Below, in pieces: positions 29,170 to 38,667 of a stretch of 64,000 bases of DNA. Made by a program: the position numbers and the translations under genes. This stretch comes from Blastochloris viridis (GTDB lineage Bacteria > Pseudomonadota > Alphaproteobacteria > UBA2136 > UBA6156): contig VAFM01000002.1 of assembly GCA_005768725.1 (NCBI GenBank), positions 70,420 through 134,419 of the forward strand. Direction: 5' to 3'. Numbering within the stretch: the first letter of the stretch is position 1; every line of letters starts with the position of its first letter. The notes beneath the pieces are model-generated. The model ran no database searches and was not told the origin of the DNA. It saw nothing but the letters and a program-made list of their open reading frames with translations.

Positions 29170-29877
29170 TTAGGCCTTGGCCAGATGCCCCTCATCCATC
29201 CGGTAAACCAGGTCACACTTACCGGCCAGCTCCATATTGTGGGTCACAATCAGCGCACTCATGCCTTCATCAGCAATCAGCCCGAACAACATATCCACCA
29301 CCTCATCCGCGGTGTGCGGGTCAAGGTTGCCGGTCGGTTCGTCGGCCAGTAGCAGCTTGGGCTGGTTCATCAGCGCGCGGGCAATCGCCACACGCTGTTG
29401 CTCACCACCACTCATCTGGCTGGGGTAGTGCCCCATGCGGTGGCCAAGGCCCACGGCTTTCAAAAGCGTCTCACCGCGGGCCATATCCGGCTTCTTGCCA
29501 CCAATTGTCATCGGCAGAAACACGTTTTCCAGCGCGGTAAACTCACGCAGCAGGTGGTGGAACTGGTACACAAACCCGCAACTGGCATTCCGGATGCCCG
29601 CCACATTGTCATCATTCAGCTTGGCCACATCCATGCCGCCTACCAGAACTTCACCGGCATCGGGGCGGTCCAGCAGGCCCGCCACGTGCAGCAATGTGCT
29701 TTTACCGCTGCCGCTGGGCCCTACAATGGCCACACTCTTCCCGGCCGGAATCGCCAGATTAACGCCCTTCAGTACGTCTACCTTGCCAACTCCCTCGCCG
29801 TACCAGCGGGAAATCCCCTTCAGTTCCAATACCGAACCCGTCGCTGCAACCGCAGGCTTTTTCACAGTCTTCGCCAT
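29170..29877 (-). CDS. lolD: Lipoprotein-releasing ABC transporter ATP-binding protein
   Basis: Walker A GPSGSGKST, signature LSGGEQQRVAIARAL, Walker B LLLADEPTGNLD. Confidence 0.9.
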   Translation of the reverse strand: MAKTVKKPAVAATGSVLELKGISRWYGEGVGKVDVLKGVNLAIPAGKSVAIVGPSGSGKSTLLHVAGLLDRPDAGEVLVGGMDVAKLNDDNVAGIRNASCGFVYQFHHLLREFTALENVFLPMTIGGKKPDMARGETLLKAVGLGHRMGHYPSQMSGGEQQRVAIARALMNQPKLLLADEPTGNLDPHTADEVVDMLFGLIADEGMSALIVTHNMELAGKCDLVYRMDEGHLAKA

Positions 29878-29881
29878 AATC

Positions 29882-31123
29882 TTAGCCTCTCCGCAGCAGT
29901 TCAACAGGGTTCAGTTTGCTGGCTTTCCAGGCCGGGTACAAACTGGCCAGCACGGTCAACAGCATGGCCATGCCCACCACATTCACCATGTCGGTAATAC
30001 TGATTTTACCCGGCAGCTCGCTCAAAAAGTACACTTCGCTGGGGAAGAGGTTCACCCCGGTCAGCGCGCGTATCAGGTCTACCAGCTCGGCCATGCGCCA
30101 TACAATCAGCATGCCCAGTAAAATCCCGCCCAGTACCCCAATGCCGCCCAGCAACAGGCCATTGAACAGGAAGATGCGCCGAATCTGCCGCTGTGTGGCG
30201 CCCATCGTGCGCAAAATCGCAATATCGCCCATCTTGTCATTCACCAGCATCATCTGACCGGTAATGATATTGAACGCCGCCACCACCACGATCAGGCTTA
30301 AAATAATGAACATCGTCACGCGCTCCACCTGCAATGCGCGGAAGAATTCGGCATTGGTCACCGTCCACGGCACCAGTGTCACATCCATCGGGTTTTCGGC
30401 AAAGCGGTCGGCTACTTCCAGAATATGCGGCGTCACCACTTCAATCTTCTGCGGGTCATCTAAACGGATCTCCAGCGCATCCACCGCTTCACGACGGCCT
30501 AAAAAGCGCTGCACATCTTCCATTTTCCCCAAAATCAAAGCGTTATCGAATTGGATCATCCCGACGTTGAACGTCCCCGCCACGCCAAACTGGCCGGTAC
30601 GCGGCACAAACCCAACAATCGTGCGCGCGCCTTCCGGGCTGAGCAACGTCACACCGGCACCCGGCAGCAAACCAAGCTGACCCGCCAGCCCGCTTCCCAC
30701 CAGCAACTGGTCGGTCTCACCCAGTTTGTTCCCCAGTAAGGCCACATTCTGGCCCATTCCGGCCAGCGGGTCACCTTCCACACCGCGCAAAAACGCCCCC
30801 GTCGCGCGGCCCTGAGAGGTCACCATCACCTGCCCGCTTACATAAGGCGTAGCGCTTGCCACACCCTGCACCTTCACCAGTTCATCCGCTAACACGCGGG
30901 CCGCAGGCGCCTGCAAACCTTCAATCTGAAGGGTCGCATGGCCACTTACACCTAAAATACGGTCCATCAGTTCCTGCCGGAAGCCGCTCATCACGGCCAG
31001 CACCACGATCAACGCCGCAACCCCGAGCAGAATCCCCAACACGCTAAAAAGAGTCACCACACGGGTAAACCCGCGGCGGCTGCGCAGGTAGCGCCGCACA
31101 ACCATACTTACAAAACCGTTCAT
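29882..31123 (-). CDS. lolE: Lipoprotein-releasing ABC transporter permease LolC/E family
   Basis: FtsX-like permease; N-terminal TM, periplasmic loop, three C-terminal TM helices; adjacent to lolD. Confidence 0.85.
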   Translation of the reverse strand: MNGFVSMVVRRYLRSRRGFTRVVTLFSVLGILLGVAALIVVLAVMSGFRQELMDRILGVSGHATLQIEGLQAPAARVLADELVKVQGVASATPYVSGQVMVTSQGRATGAFLRGVEGDPLAGMGQNVALLGNKLGETDQLLVGSGLAGQLGLLPGAGVTLLSPEGARTIVGFVPRTGQFGVAGTFNVGMIQFDNALILGKMEDVQRFLGRREAVDALEIRLDDPQKIEVVTPHILEVADRFAENPMDVTLVPWTVTNAEFFRALQVERVTMFIILSLIVVVAAFNIITGQMMLVNDKMGDIAILRTMGATQRQIRRIFLFNGLLLGGIGVLGGILLGMLIVWRMAELVDLIRALTGVNLFPSEVYFLSELPGKISITDMVNVVGMAMLLTVLASLYPAWKASKLNPVELLRRG

Positions 31124-31282
31124 ACCGTCTTTCCTATCACGTCACGCCTAACGTCCACTAGCCCCCTCTCGTTCCGCTGTCCAAAAAACACACAGGTATC
31201 GCCGTCTGCATTTTGTAAGGAAACAACCTGCCATGTTTATCGTTACCCCCTCCGATAAGGGTGAAAAAGGAGGGCTTGTCTC

Positions 31283-31549
31283 ATGAAACCACAACAAGTT
31301 AACCGACCTACCAACCGGTTGAACGCCAAACGCCGACCTGCCGACTGGCATCTGCGCCGCCTATTGATGAACGAAGAGGCGTTTCTCGCCCGTGCCACGG
31401 TGCACGATATTACCTGTGCGGTACTCTATTTCCGCGAACAGGCCTCACGGGCCCAAACGCCGCAACTGCGCGATTTCTACCTCGACCGCGCCAATCAGTT
31501 CGCATTCCACGGAGCCGCCGATATGCGCATCCACAGCTCGGGGCGCTAA
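31283..31549 (+). CDS. Small basic hypothetical protein (88 aa)
   Basis: Strong SD AAAGGAGGG; followed by a terminator. Confidence 0.45.
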   Translation: MKPQQVNRPTNRLNAKRRPADWHLRRLLMNEEAFLARATVHDITCAVLYFREQASRAQTPQLRDFYLDRANQFAFHGAADMRIHSSGR

Positions 31550-31574
31550 CACGCGACTCTCCTCACCCACTTAC

Positions 31575-31603
31575 AAACGGCCCGCAGAAGGGCCGTTTTC
31601 TTA
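31575..31603 (+). terminator. Rho-independent terminator
   Basis: ACGGCCCgcagaaGGGCCGTTTTCTT. Confidence 0.5.
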
Positions 31604-31691
31604 TGCAAGGCTAACGTAACGCCAGGTTTCTATTCCGAGTTTCTCGCAATAACCCTTGAACCAGCTCAGGTATAGGTCTATATGCACACCT

Positions 31692-32912
31692 ATGACCCTC
31701 AACCTGTCCGAACTCGGCGTGAACATCCCGGCCCTCGTGCCGGGCAAAACACCTGCCGAAACCACCGTCGTTGTCGCGATGAGTGGCGGCGTGGACAGCT
31801 CGGCCACCGCAGCCCTGTGCAAGGCAGCAGGTTATAACACTATCGGCATGACACTCCAGCTGTGGGACTACACACCCGCCAGCAACGGCGGCAAAACCAA
31901 AGAGTTCGGTACCTGCTGCGCGCTGGATGACGTTTACGATGCCCGCCGCGTTTGCCAGACCATCGGCATCCCGCACTATGTCCTCAACATGGAAAGCGCC
32001 TTTAAAAAGGCCGTGATCGACGATTTCGTCGACACCTACCTCGCGGGTGCCACTCCCATTCCCTGCGTCCGCTGCAACCAGCGCATCAAGTTCGTCGAGC
32101 TTCTGGAAAAAGCGAAGTCTCTGGGCGCCGATGTCCTCGTCACCGGCCACTACGTGATTAAAGACGTGGTCGACGGCCAACCGGTCATCAAGCAGGCCGA
32201 AGACGGCGCGAAGGACCAAACCTACTATCTCTTCACCACCACGCCCGAGCAGCTCGACTTCATCCACTTTCCCCTCGGCCACCTCACCAAGCCACAGGTG
32301 CGCGAACTCGCAAAGTCCATGGGCCTCCACGTCCACCATAAGAAGGACAGCTACGACATCTGCTTCGTCCCCGGCGGAGACTACAAGGCTGTCGTCAAAA
32401 AGTTTGCCCCAGAGGCCGATAAAGCGGGCGATATCATTACCGAAGACGGCACCCCCGTCGGTCGCCACACCGGCATCATCGGTTACACGGTCGGCCAACG
32501 TAAGGGCCTGCCCGGCGGGTTCGATGTCCCGATGTACGTCACCGAGATCCGCCCCGCCACCAACCACGTGGTCATCGGCCCGAAGGAATCCCTCGGCCGC
32601 AATGTGTTTACGGTGAAAGAGCTTAACTGGCTAAGCGCACCTCTGCCGCCGGAAGGCATGGCCGCCCGCACCAAAATCCGCGCCCAGCACGCGGCTGTAC
32701 CGTGCTACATCACGCCACTCGGCGGTGGTAAGGTGGAAGTGATCCTTTCCGAACCCGACGCCATCAGCCCCGGCCAGGCGGCGGTGTTCTATACCGACAG
32801 CGGCATCATGCTCGGCGGCGGCTGGATCGAAACCGGCCCGCGTTTGCAATCAGGTGACACCCCTGTCGTAAATGCAGGCACGCGCATTGCCATCCTCTCT
32901 CCCGAGGCCTAA
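31692..32912 (+). CDS. mnmA: tRNA-specific 2-thiouridylase MnmA
   Basis: PP-loop VVVAMSGGVDSS; CRCN; GHY motifs. Confidence 0.9.
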   Translation: MTLNLSELGVNIPALVPGKTPAETTVVVAMSGGVDSSATAALCKAAGYNTIGMTLQLWDYTPASNGGKTKEFGTCCALDDVYDARRVCQTIGIPHYVLNMESAFKKAVIDDFVDTYLAGATPIPCVRCNQRIKFVELLEKAKSLGADVLVTGHYVIKDVVDGQPVIKQAEDGAKDQTYYLFTTTPEQLDFIHFPLGHLTKPQVRELAKSMGLHVHHKKDSYDICFVPGGDYKAVVKKFAPEADKAGDIITEDGTPVGRHTGIIGYTVGQRKGLPGGFDVPMYVTEIRPATNHVVIGPKESLGRNVFTVKELNWLSAPLPPEGMAARTKIRAQHAAVPCYITPLGGGKVEVILSEPDAISPGQAAVFYTDSGIMLGGGWIETGPRLQSGDTPVVNAGTRIAILSPEA

Positions 32913-32963
32913 CCTCTCCTTAATACAGGAACATAGCCCCTTTTTAAGGAAGGAGTACGCATC

Positions 32964-33173
32964 ATGGAAACCCCCATGCCCGCTGCTCCGGCAGCCTCTC
33001 CCTCACAACAGCAGCAATCGCGCATTCAGCCGGCACAGCAACTCCAGCAGGCCACGCAAGAAAGCATTCCCCCTGAACTGGAAGGCCTTCTCCGCGGCAT
33101 GCGCGAATCTCAGAACCCCAGCAACCGTAATACGCACATGAGCTGGGTACGTCATAAACCCGACGAATACTAA
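32964..33173 (+). CDS. Small Gln/Pro-rich hypothetical protein (69 aa)
   Basis: Strong SD AAGGAAGGAG; own terminator. Confidence 0.4.
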   Translation: METPMPAAPAASPSQQQQSRIQPAQQLQQATQESIPPELEGLLRGMRESQNPSNRNTHMSWVRHKPDEY

Positions 33174-33191
33174 CAAAAGACCATCCAAACT

Positions 33192-33218
33192 GACCGCCCT
33201 CCGGGGCGGTTTTCTTTA
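33192..33218 (+). terminator. Rho-independent terminator
   Basis: CCGCCCtccgGGGCGGTTTTCTTT. Confidence 0.55.
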
Positions 33219-33298
33219 TATAGATGCATTCTGTCCGGTTTTGCTTGTTTAGGCCCTGCGTTCCGTTACAATTGCCCCAAACAACAGAAAGCCTCGCC

Positions 33299-34204
33299 AT
33301 GTTCAGCAGTTTCTATATCGGCATCGCGGTCCTCGCCCTCGTCGCCTACCTCCTGAAAAGCATGATCCAGATCGTCCCCGGTAAAACCGCCTATATTGTC
33401 GAAACCTTCGGTAAGCCTCTCTCTCACGCCCTCATGCCCGGCCTGCACATTATTCTGCCATGGCCTATTCAGGTGGTGGTCGGTAAGCTCAGCCTGCAAT
33501 TGCTCGAGATCCGCACCAACGTCGCCGTAAAAACATCCGACAATGTCTTCCTCGGCCTCCCGGTGTCCGTGCAATACCGCGCGAACGACGACGCCTACAA
33601 CACCGTCAGTGCGTACTACGAGCTTTCCGACCCGCGCGACCAGATTTCGAGCTTCATCCTCAACAATGTGCGCCAGTCCGCCGCGAAAATGACGCTGGAG
33701 GAACTCTTCCAGAACCGCGACAAGTTGCAGCACGTGGTGCTGGAAGAACTGACCAGCCGCTTCAACACCTACGGCTATATCATCGAGGCCGTGCTGGTCG
33801 ACCAGCCGCAACCGAGCGGCGAAGTCCAGGAAAGCTTCAACCGCGTGATCGCCAGCCAGCGCTTGCTGGACGCCGCCCGCAACGAAGGCGAAGCTTCGCG
33901 CATCAAACTGGTGAAGGAAGCCGAGGCCGAAGCCGAAAGCAAGCGCCTGCAGGGTGAAGGTATCGCCAATATGCGTAAGGCCATCGCCGCCGGTATCGAG
34001 GAAAGCATGCTGACCATCAAAAAAGCGGCCCCCAACCTCACCGACGCCGAGATCATGGGCTTCCTCACCGACACCAACCGTCTGGACACCATCAGCGGCG
34101 CCGCCACCCACGGTAACCTGATTGTAGTGGACATGCAGGACAGCACCTCGGCCCGCCAGATAGCTCTCACCGGCATCGGCGCCAAAACCACCGCCGTAAA
34201 ATAA
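33299..34204 (+). CDS. SPFH / band-7 (stomatin-prohibitin-like) membrane protein
   Basis: N-terminal TM then SPFH domain (IVETFGKP..., VSVQYRANDDAY..., coiled-coil EAEAEAESKRLQGEG). Confidence 0.8.
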   Translation: MFSSFYIGIAVLALVAYLLKSMIQIVPGKTAYIVETFGKPLSHALMPGLHIILPWPIQVVVGKLSLQLLEIRTNVAVKTSDNVFLGLPVSVQYRANDDAYNTVSAYYELSDPRDQISSFILNNVRQSAAKMTLEELFQNRDKLQHVVLEELTSRFNTYGYIIEAVLVDQPQPSGEVQESFNRVIASQRLLDAARNEGEASRIKLVKEAEAEAESKRLQGEGIANMRKAIAAGIEESMLTIKKAAPNLTDAEIMGFLTDTNRLDTISGAATHGNLIVVDMQDSTSARQIALTGIGAKTTAVK

Positions 34205-34214
34205 GGCCATCTAC

Positions 34215-34257
34215 AAAATAAAGCGGCCCGTGGCTTTGCACGGGCCGCTTTATTTTC
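34215..34257. terminator. Bidirectional terminator
   Basis: AAATAAAGCGGCCCGTGgctttgCACGGGCCGCTTTATTTT. Confidence 0.55.
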
Positions 34258-34603
34258 AGAGAGCAACAGCTCCAAGAATAGCCTCAAGACGCGCTTCCGA
34301 AACATTTCGGCGTCGAATGGCTTGTAATCGCAAAACATTTGCGCGCGTCAGATGCTGTTGCCGAAGAACCGGATTTTTCGTTGTCTTCGCCATCGTCAGT
34401 TCATTGCGGGCCGCAATCTCATCTTGGTCTGCGGCTTTCAGAATCATAACCGAGTAAAGAGCCATCTTGGCCAGACGCACCGCAGAGATGGTCTTGCCGC
34501 GTAAAGTCCGCGGCAATCTGGGATCAGACGATTGTAGACGGAAGTAAGCGGCATCGCCCATTTCCTGAAGTGCAGAAACATTAATAGTCGTGGAAGCATT
34601 CAT
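34256..34603 (-). CDS. Hypothetical helical protein (115 aa) in lower-GC patch
   Basis: ORF on the strand opposite rpsB in a roughly 50% GC patch; no motif recognised. Confidence 0.3.
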   Translation of the reverse strand: MNASTTINVSALQEMGDAAYFRLQSSDPRLPRTLRGKTISAVRLAKMALYSVMILKAADQDEIAARNELTMAKTTKNPVLRQQHLTRANVLRLQAIRRRNVSEARLEAILGAVAL

Positions 34604-34674
34604 GATGAAATTCCCCGAGAGATGAAAGACTCACTAAAAATGCATACATCAGATCTCACTTGTCAACGTCTCGC

Positions 34675-34703
34675 TTGACTATCCTTCTCAAATCCTTCAT
34701 AAG
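34675..34703 (+). promoter_or_regulatory. Putative sigma-70 promoter of rpsB
   Basis: TTGACT - 17 nt - CATAAG, about 120 nt upstream of the rpsB start. A long 5' UTR is usual for an S2-autoregulated leader. Confidence 0.3.
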
Positions 34704-34822
34704 CCGCCCATCTGTATAAGAAATTATCCAGAAATCCACAGCCGGAAGCGCTTTGGTTGGTATCGCAAGATATTGAAATTCCTTCCGGTCAACGCACAAA
34801 CCAAACGAGAAAGACCATTCTA

Positions 34823-35722
34823 ATGGCCCTCCCGCAATTCACCATGTCCGAGCTGCTCGGCGCCGGCGTTCACTTCGGTCACCGTTCCTTCCGCTGGAAC
34901 CCGAAGCTGAAGAGCTACATCTACGGCACCCGCAACGGCATCCATATTTTCGACCTCACCCAAACCGTACCGATGATGTACACCGCACTGGCTGCTATCG
35001 AAGCAACCGTTGCCCGTGGCGGCCGCGTACTGTTCGTAGGTACCAAGAAGCAAGCGCGCGAAGTCGCCAAGGACGCTGCCGACCGTAGCGGTATGTACTA
35101 CGTTAACCACCGCTGGCTGGGTGGTATCCTCACCAACTGGAAGACCGTAAGCCAGTCCATCAAGCGCCTCAAGGAAATCGAAGAAGGTTTCAAGGGCTCT
35201 GCCGAAGCCAAGGCTGCTTACGAAGCTGCTCTCGCTGCCGTCAACGGCGACGTGAACCAGGTAGACCGTTCTTCCTTCAAGGACCCGATGGCTCACCTGA
35301 CCAAGAAGGAACGCCTCATGCGCACCCGCGAGCGTGAGAACCTCAACCGCGTTCTCGGTGGTATCATGAACATGGCCGGCCTGCCGGACCTGGTTGTGGT
35401 TCTGTCCGTCCACGAAGACAAGATCGCTGTTGATGAAGCCAACGTGCTGGGTATTCCGGTAGTGGGTATCGTTGATACCAACGCCAACCCGCAAGGCGTC
35501 ACCTACATGATCCCGGGTAACGACGACTCCGCCCGCGCTCTCAGCCTGTACGCCAAGCTGATGACCGACGCTGTTCTGTCCGGTATCCAGATGCAAGCTG
35601 CCCTGCACAACGCTCAACCGAGCGCCAGCCGCGGCAAGCCGCAAACCGTGACCCTCAGCAAGGCCGCTCAAGAAGCTGCCAACGCCGCTGAAGCTCCGGC
35701 TGCCGAAGGCGCCCAAGCCTAA
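34823..35722 (+). CDS. rpsB: 30S ribosomal protein S2
   Basis: MALPQFTMSELLGAGVHFGHRSFRWNPKLKSYIYG... canonical S2; Ala-rich C-terminal tail. Confidence 0.95.
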   Translation: MALPQFTMSELLGAGVHFGHRSFRWNPKLKSYIYGTRNGIHIFDLTQTVPMMYTALAAIEATVARGGRVLFVGTKKQAREVAKDAADRSGMYYVNHRWLGGILTNWKTVSQSIKRLKEIEEGFKGSAEAKAAYEAALAAVNGDVNQVDRSSFKDPMAHLTKKERLMRTRERENLNRVLGGIMNMAGLPDLVVVLSVHEDKIAVDEANVLGIPVVGIVDTNANPQGVTYMIPGNDDSARALSLYAKLMTDAVLSGIQMQAALHNAQPSASRGKPQTVTLSKAAQEAANAAEAPAAEGAQA

Positions 35723-35799
35723 TTCCCGAAAGGAATGGCATAGCATGGCAAGGGTGGGTCGCTCCCACCCACATGTTTCGACCTATCTTAACACTTTTA

Positions 35800-36129
35800 C
35801 CTATTAACACTTTGTGATGAATGAGACTTTTTGGGAGGATTGCTCTCATTCATCACCGGTTTCGGGGACGCGTCGCTGTAATCCAGAGGAGGAAGCAGCG
35901 GATAATCCAAATTCGATTTGGAGGAGACACGCCGGCGCAAGCAATTGCCGCCACCCGAAACCGCCCCATCCCCCGCCGCTACGATTCACCTCGGGCGGGG
36001 TGCAGCAAGGCCATCTACCTTGCGAACAGACCACCCATGTTGAGAAACATCGGTGATCCCTCATCCGCTATCCGACTGGATAGAAGATGAAACCACTCTG
36101 CCGTCGGATGACGCAGATGTTACGACAGA
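35800..36129 (+). other. Candidate structured RNA / long 5' leader (unknown class) between rpsB and the FAD oxidoreductase gene
   Basis: No credible ORF. 12-bp perfect stem GATGAATGAGAC...GTCTCATTCATC; several further hairpins; direct repeat TTAACAC(n13)TTAACAC at 35789-35815; ends in a strong intrinsic terminator. Confidence 0.25.
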
Positions 36130-36165
36130 AAGAACCTGGCTCCACCGCGCCAGGTTCTTTTTTTA
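36130..36165 (+). terminator. Strong rho-independent terminator 28 nt upstream of the next start codon
   Basis: GAACCTGGCtccaccgcGCCAGGTTCTTTTTTTA. Confidence 0.65.
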
Positions 36166-36192
36166 TGTCCGGTTATCAGGTACAACCCCTGC

Positions 36193-37014
36193 ATGAACAT
36201 CACTCTCATCGGCGGCGGAATAGCAGGCCTTATTCTGGCCTACAAAGCGGTGTCCGCAGGCCATGCCATCACACTGTACGAAGCCGGTACAATCGCCTCT
36301 GGCGCCTCCGGCAAAGCCCTTGGCGTGCTTGTTCCGGTCACCGGCCTCAACCGCCCGATAGACCTCCTCCAACGCGAAGGCATCTCCCGCTGGCCCGCCC
36401 TCGCTCAACAGTTAGCCGACGAAACCCACACCCCCCTCGCCTCCTTCTGGCGCGCCTGGCCAAGCGCCCCCGTGCCCGGCACCCAGCAGCTCAACATCGC
36501 CACAATCTTCTCCATCCTCGCCCAAGCCATCCGCGCCAAAAGCGGCATCATCCACGAAAACCAGCCTATCCAGAACCTCGACGAAGTCCGTCCAAACGCC
36601 GACCACGTTATTGTCAGTGCAGGCTACGGCACCAAAGCCTTAGTAAATGCTCCCATCACCATTTCCACCGGCATCGCCGCCCGCTTTACCGGCCATATCG
36701 AAGACCTCATCGCGCAGGACAATCTCTTCCTGTGCCCGGATTTCATCGAGAACGAAGTCCTCGCAGGCAGCGTCAACTGGTCACTCAAAGAACCCCACAC
36801 CGGCCCCATCCCGCCGGAAAAACAGGATGAACTTCTCCGCCGCGTCCACGCCCTCGCCCCGCATCTGCAATTGAAAGACATCTGGCTCGGCAACCGCCCG
36901 GCCCAAACCCCGCGCACGCCGCTCATCACCAGTCCGGAGCCCAATCTCCACGTCGTCACCGCCCTTGGTAAAATCGGCATGGGCGTCAGCCCTGCGCTGG
37001 AGCTCCCGTTCTAA
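36193..37014 (+). CDS. FAD-dependent oxidoreductase (short DAO / ThiO-like)
   Basis: N-terminal dinucleotide-binding motif ITLIGGGIAGLILAY; only 273 aa, shorter than typical DAO. Confidence 0.65.
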   Translation: MNITLIGGGIAGLILAYKAVSAGHAITLYEAGTIASGASGKALGVLVPVTGLNRPIDLLQREGISRWPALAQQLADETHTPLASFWRAWPSAPVPGTQQLNIATIFSILAQAIRAKSGIIHENQPIQNLDEVRPNADHVIVSAGYGTKALVNAPITISTGIAARFTGHIEDLIAQDNLFLCPDFIENEVLAGSVNWSLKEPHTGPIPPEKQDELLRRVHALAPHLQLKDIWLGNRPAQTPRTPLITSPEPNLHVVTALGKIGMGVSPALELPF

Positions 37015-37060
37015 AACCGTAAAAAGCCGCCCCGTAGGGCGGCTCTTGCTCTAGCCAGAG

Positions 37061-37762
37061 CTAGATATTCGCGATCAAATGGTCCAACACACGGTCGGTA
37101 TCCAGATGATGAAAGTCGATGAACGGAAACGCATCCCGATGCACCATTTTCATCCCGCAGAAATGTGTCTCAAAGTTCTGCCTTTTGGCAGGCGGCAGGT
37201 TGAGCGACGTATCCTCGATCATGACATAACGGGCATAATCGGGGTAACACCTGCGGATGTAGATATAAGGCTCTTCGGTACGCTTAAGGTGCCCGCCCAC
37301 ACTTACAATATCATGCACGTCCCGAGGCCGTATGACGGGCCCCAGCCATCCCATATGTGCCAGCAGACCGGTCACGTAGTCCGAATGTCCTTGGCTCAGA
37401 CATACGGTTGTCACATGCGGCAGGCTGGCCAGATGAATCGCCTTCTCAACCTGAGAAGGTTTCGGCTGAAGGGCCGTGGTCACCGCCGGCAAAAGATGCT
37501 CGACATTGATCCACCGATACGATTCCAGAACCCAATCCAGAGTCATGCCCAGTTTGGGCGCCCACAGCGATTTCAAACAGCAGCCATGCTCAACATACGC
37601 GTCATAACATATCTGACGAAACGCATCATCCAATGCGAGATCCGGCATATGTTTGGCCACAATGGCATGAATACCGTCGTAAAACGGTGCAAGCGAAAAG
37701 GCTTCACTTTCTTCGGCGATAACGCCATCCATATCAAAGACGATCAGGGTATTCACAGGCAT
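37061..37762 (-). CDS. HAD-superfamily hydrolase (paralogue 1)
   Basis: Motif I LIVFDMDGVI at the N-terminus. Confidence 0.65.
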   Translation of the reverse strand: MPVNTLIVFDMDGVIAEESEAFSLAPFYDGIHAIVAKHMPDLALDDAFRQICYDAYVEHGCCLKSLWAPKLGMTLDWVLESYRWINVEHLLPAVTTALQPKPSQVEKAIHLASLPHVTTVCLSQGHSDYVTGLLAHMGWLGPVIRPRDVHDIVSVGGHLKRTEEPYIYIRRCYPDYARYVMIEDTSLNLPPAKRQNFETHFCGMKMVHRDAFPFIDFHHLDTDRVLDHLIANI

Positions 37763-37828
37763 AACAGCCTCCCGGAAAAGAGATCAGTTTCGCCCGACCT
37801 ATACCACAGCCGAAGTTACAGCAAAAGC

Positions 37829-38527
37829 CTAAGCCGGCAGAACCTCATTCATCAGAATATCCAGCGCCTGATTGATCGTCGCGGCCTGATGCTCAATGCT
37901 GCTGTCCAGCTCTTCGGGCGGACGCTTCGGCCCGATCAGGAATGTGCCAAACCCGGCCTTGTGCGCGGCCATCAGGTTGGCCATGCTGTCTTCAAACATG
38001 TATTTGTGGCGGTATTTGCCCTTCAGGTGATGCTTCAGCAGGTGATGATACGTATCGGCATCGCGCTTCAAACGACCTTCCATCACACTGATGTCAAAAA
38101 CCTTTTCGTGCGGAATAAAGGTCGTGATGCCGATTTTGTCCAGAATCGGCAAACAGTAATCGCGGTGGCCTAGCGTGAGGATCGCCAGCTCATGCCCCAT
38201 CTCCTGCAACTCGCCAAGGCGACGCAGCAGGCCGGGGTTGGGCTGGGTATGCGGCATCACAGCGCCCTTCAATACCGGCGCAAACTTCGCGAACATATCC
38301 AGCGTAAAGTCCATCTCCTTGCGCAATTCGTGCATCCAGCCGTGCAGGCTGCTGCCATGCTTACGGTAAAGTTCGGTGTTCTTCACAACCAGTTGCTGCA
38401 CGGTCAGATCCGGCTGGTACGGCTTCAGATAATCGCGCAGAACCTCAAAGAACGCCGCCGACATATACCGCTCGGTCACACACAGGGTGTCATCAAAATC
38501 GAAGAGAATGAGCGAAGGCTGGGTCAT
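37829..38527 (-). CDS. HAD-superfamily hydrolase (paralogue 2)
   Basis: Motif I LILFDFDDTL; shares GH(S/R)DY core with paralogue 1. Confidence 0.65.
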   Translation of the reverse strand: MTQPSLILFDFDDTLCVTERYMSAAFFEVLRDYLKPYQPDLTVQQLVVKNTELYRKHGSSLHGWMHELRKEMDFTLDMFAKFAPVLKGAVMPHTQPNPGLLRRLGELQEMGHELAILTLGHRDYCLPILDKIGITTFIPHEKVFDISVMEGRLKRDADTYHHLLKHHLKGKYRHKYMFEDSMANLMAAHKAGFGTFLIGPKRPPEELDSSIEHQAATINQALDILMNEVLPA

Positions 38528-38589
38528 GAATTACGTGTTCTTATCATTTAAGTATGGGTACAGCTAAGGCATTCCGCCAGCATTTCCAA

Positions 38590-38622
38590 CAAAAAAGCGG
38601 GTTGATGAAGATCAAACCCGCC
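38590..38622 (-). terminator. Rho-independent terminator ending the yebC transcript (after the 3' UTR repeat)
   Basis: GCGGGTTgatgaagatcAAACCCGC; TTTTTT on the minus strand. Confidence 0.45.
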
Positions 38623-38667
38623 TGTCTGTGGCCTCAATACCGCGAAAATCCGGCGCGGAGCGACATC

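Noticed and set aside
31611-32567. 318-aa minus-strand ORF
   Set aside because: Antisense to mnmA.
33266-34210. 314-aa minus-strand ORF
   Set aside because: Antisense to the SPFH gene.
35800-36130. tmRNA or SRP RNA in the rpsB-downstream gap
   Set aside because: No tRNA-like T-arm/CCA, no tag reading frame ending in ...AA-stop, and only a partial (GGAGGAAGCAGC) match to the SRP domain-IV motif. Left as an unclassified structured region.
36087-36830. 247-aa Arg/Pro/His-rich ORF
   Set aside because: Out-of-frame overlap with the FAD oxidoreductase gene (36193-37014), which carries a clean Rossmann motif.
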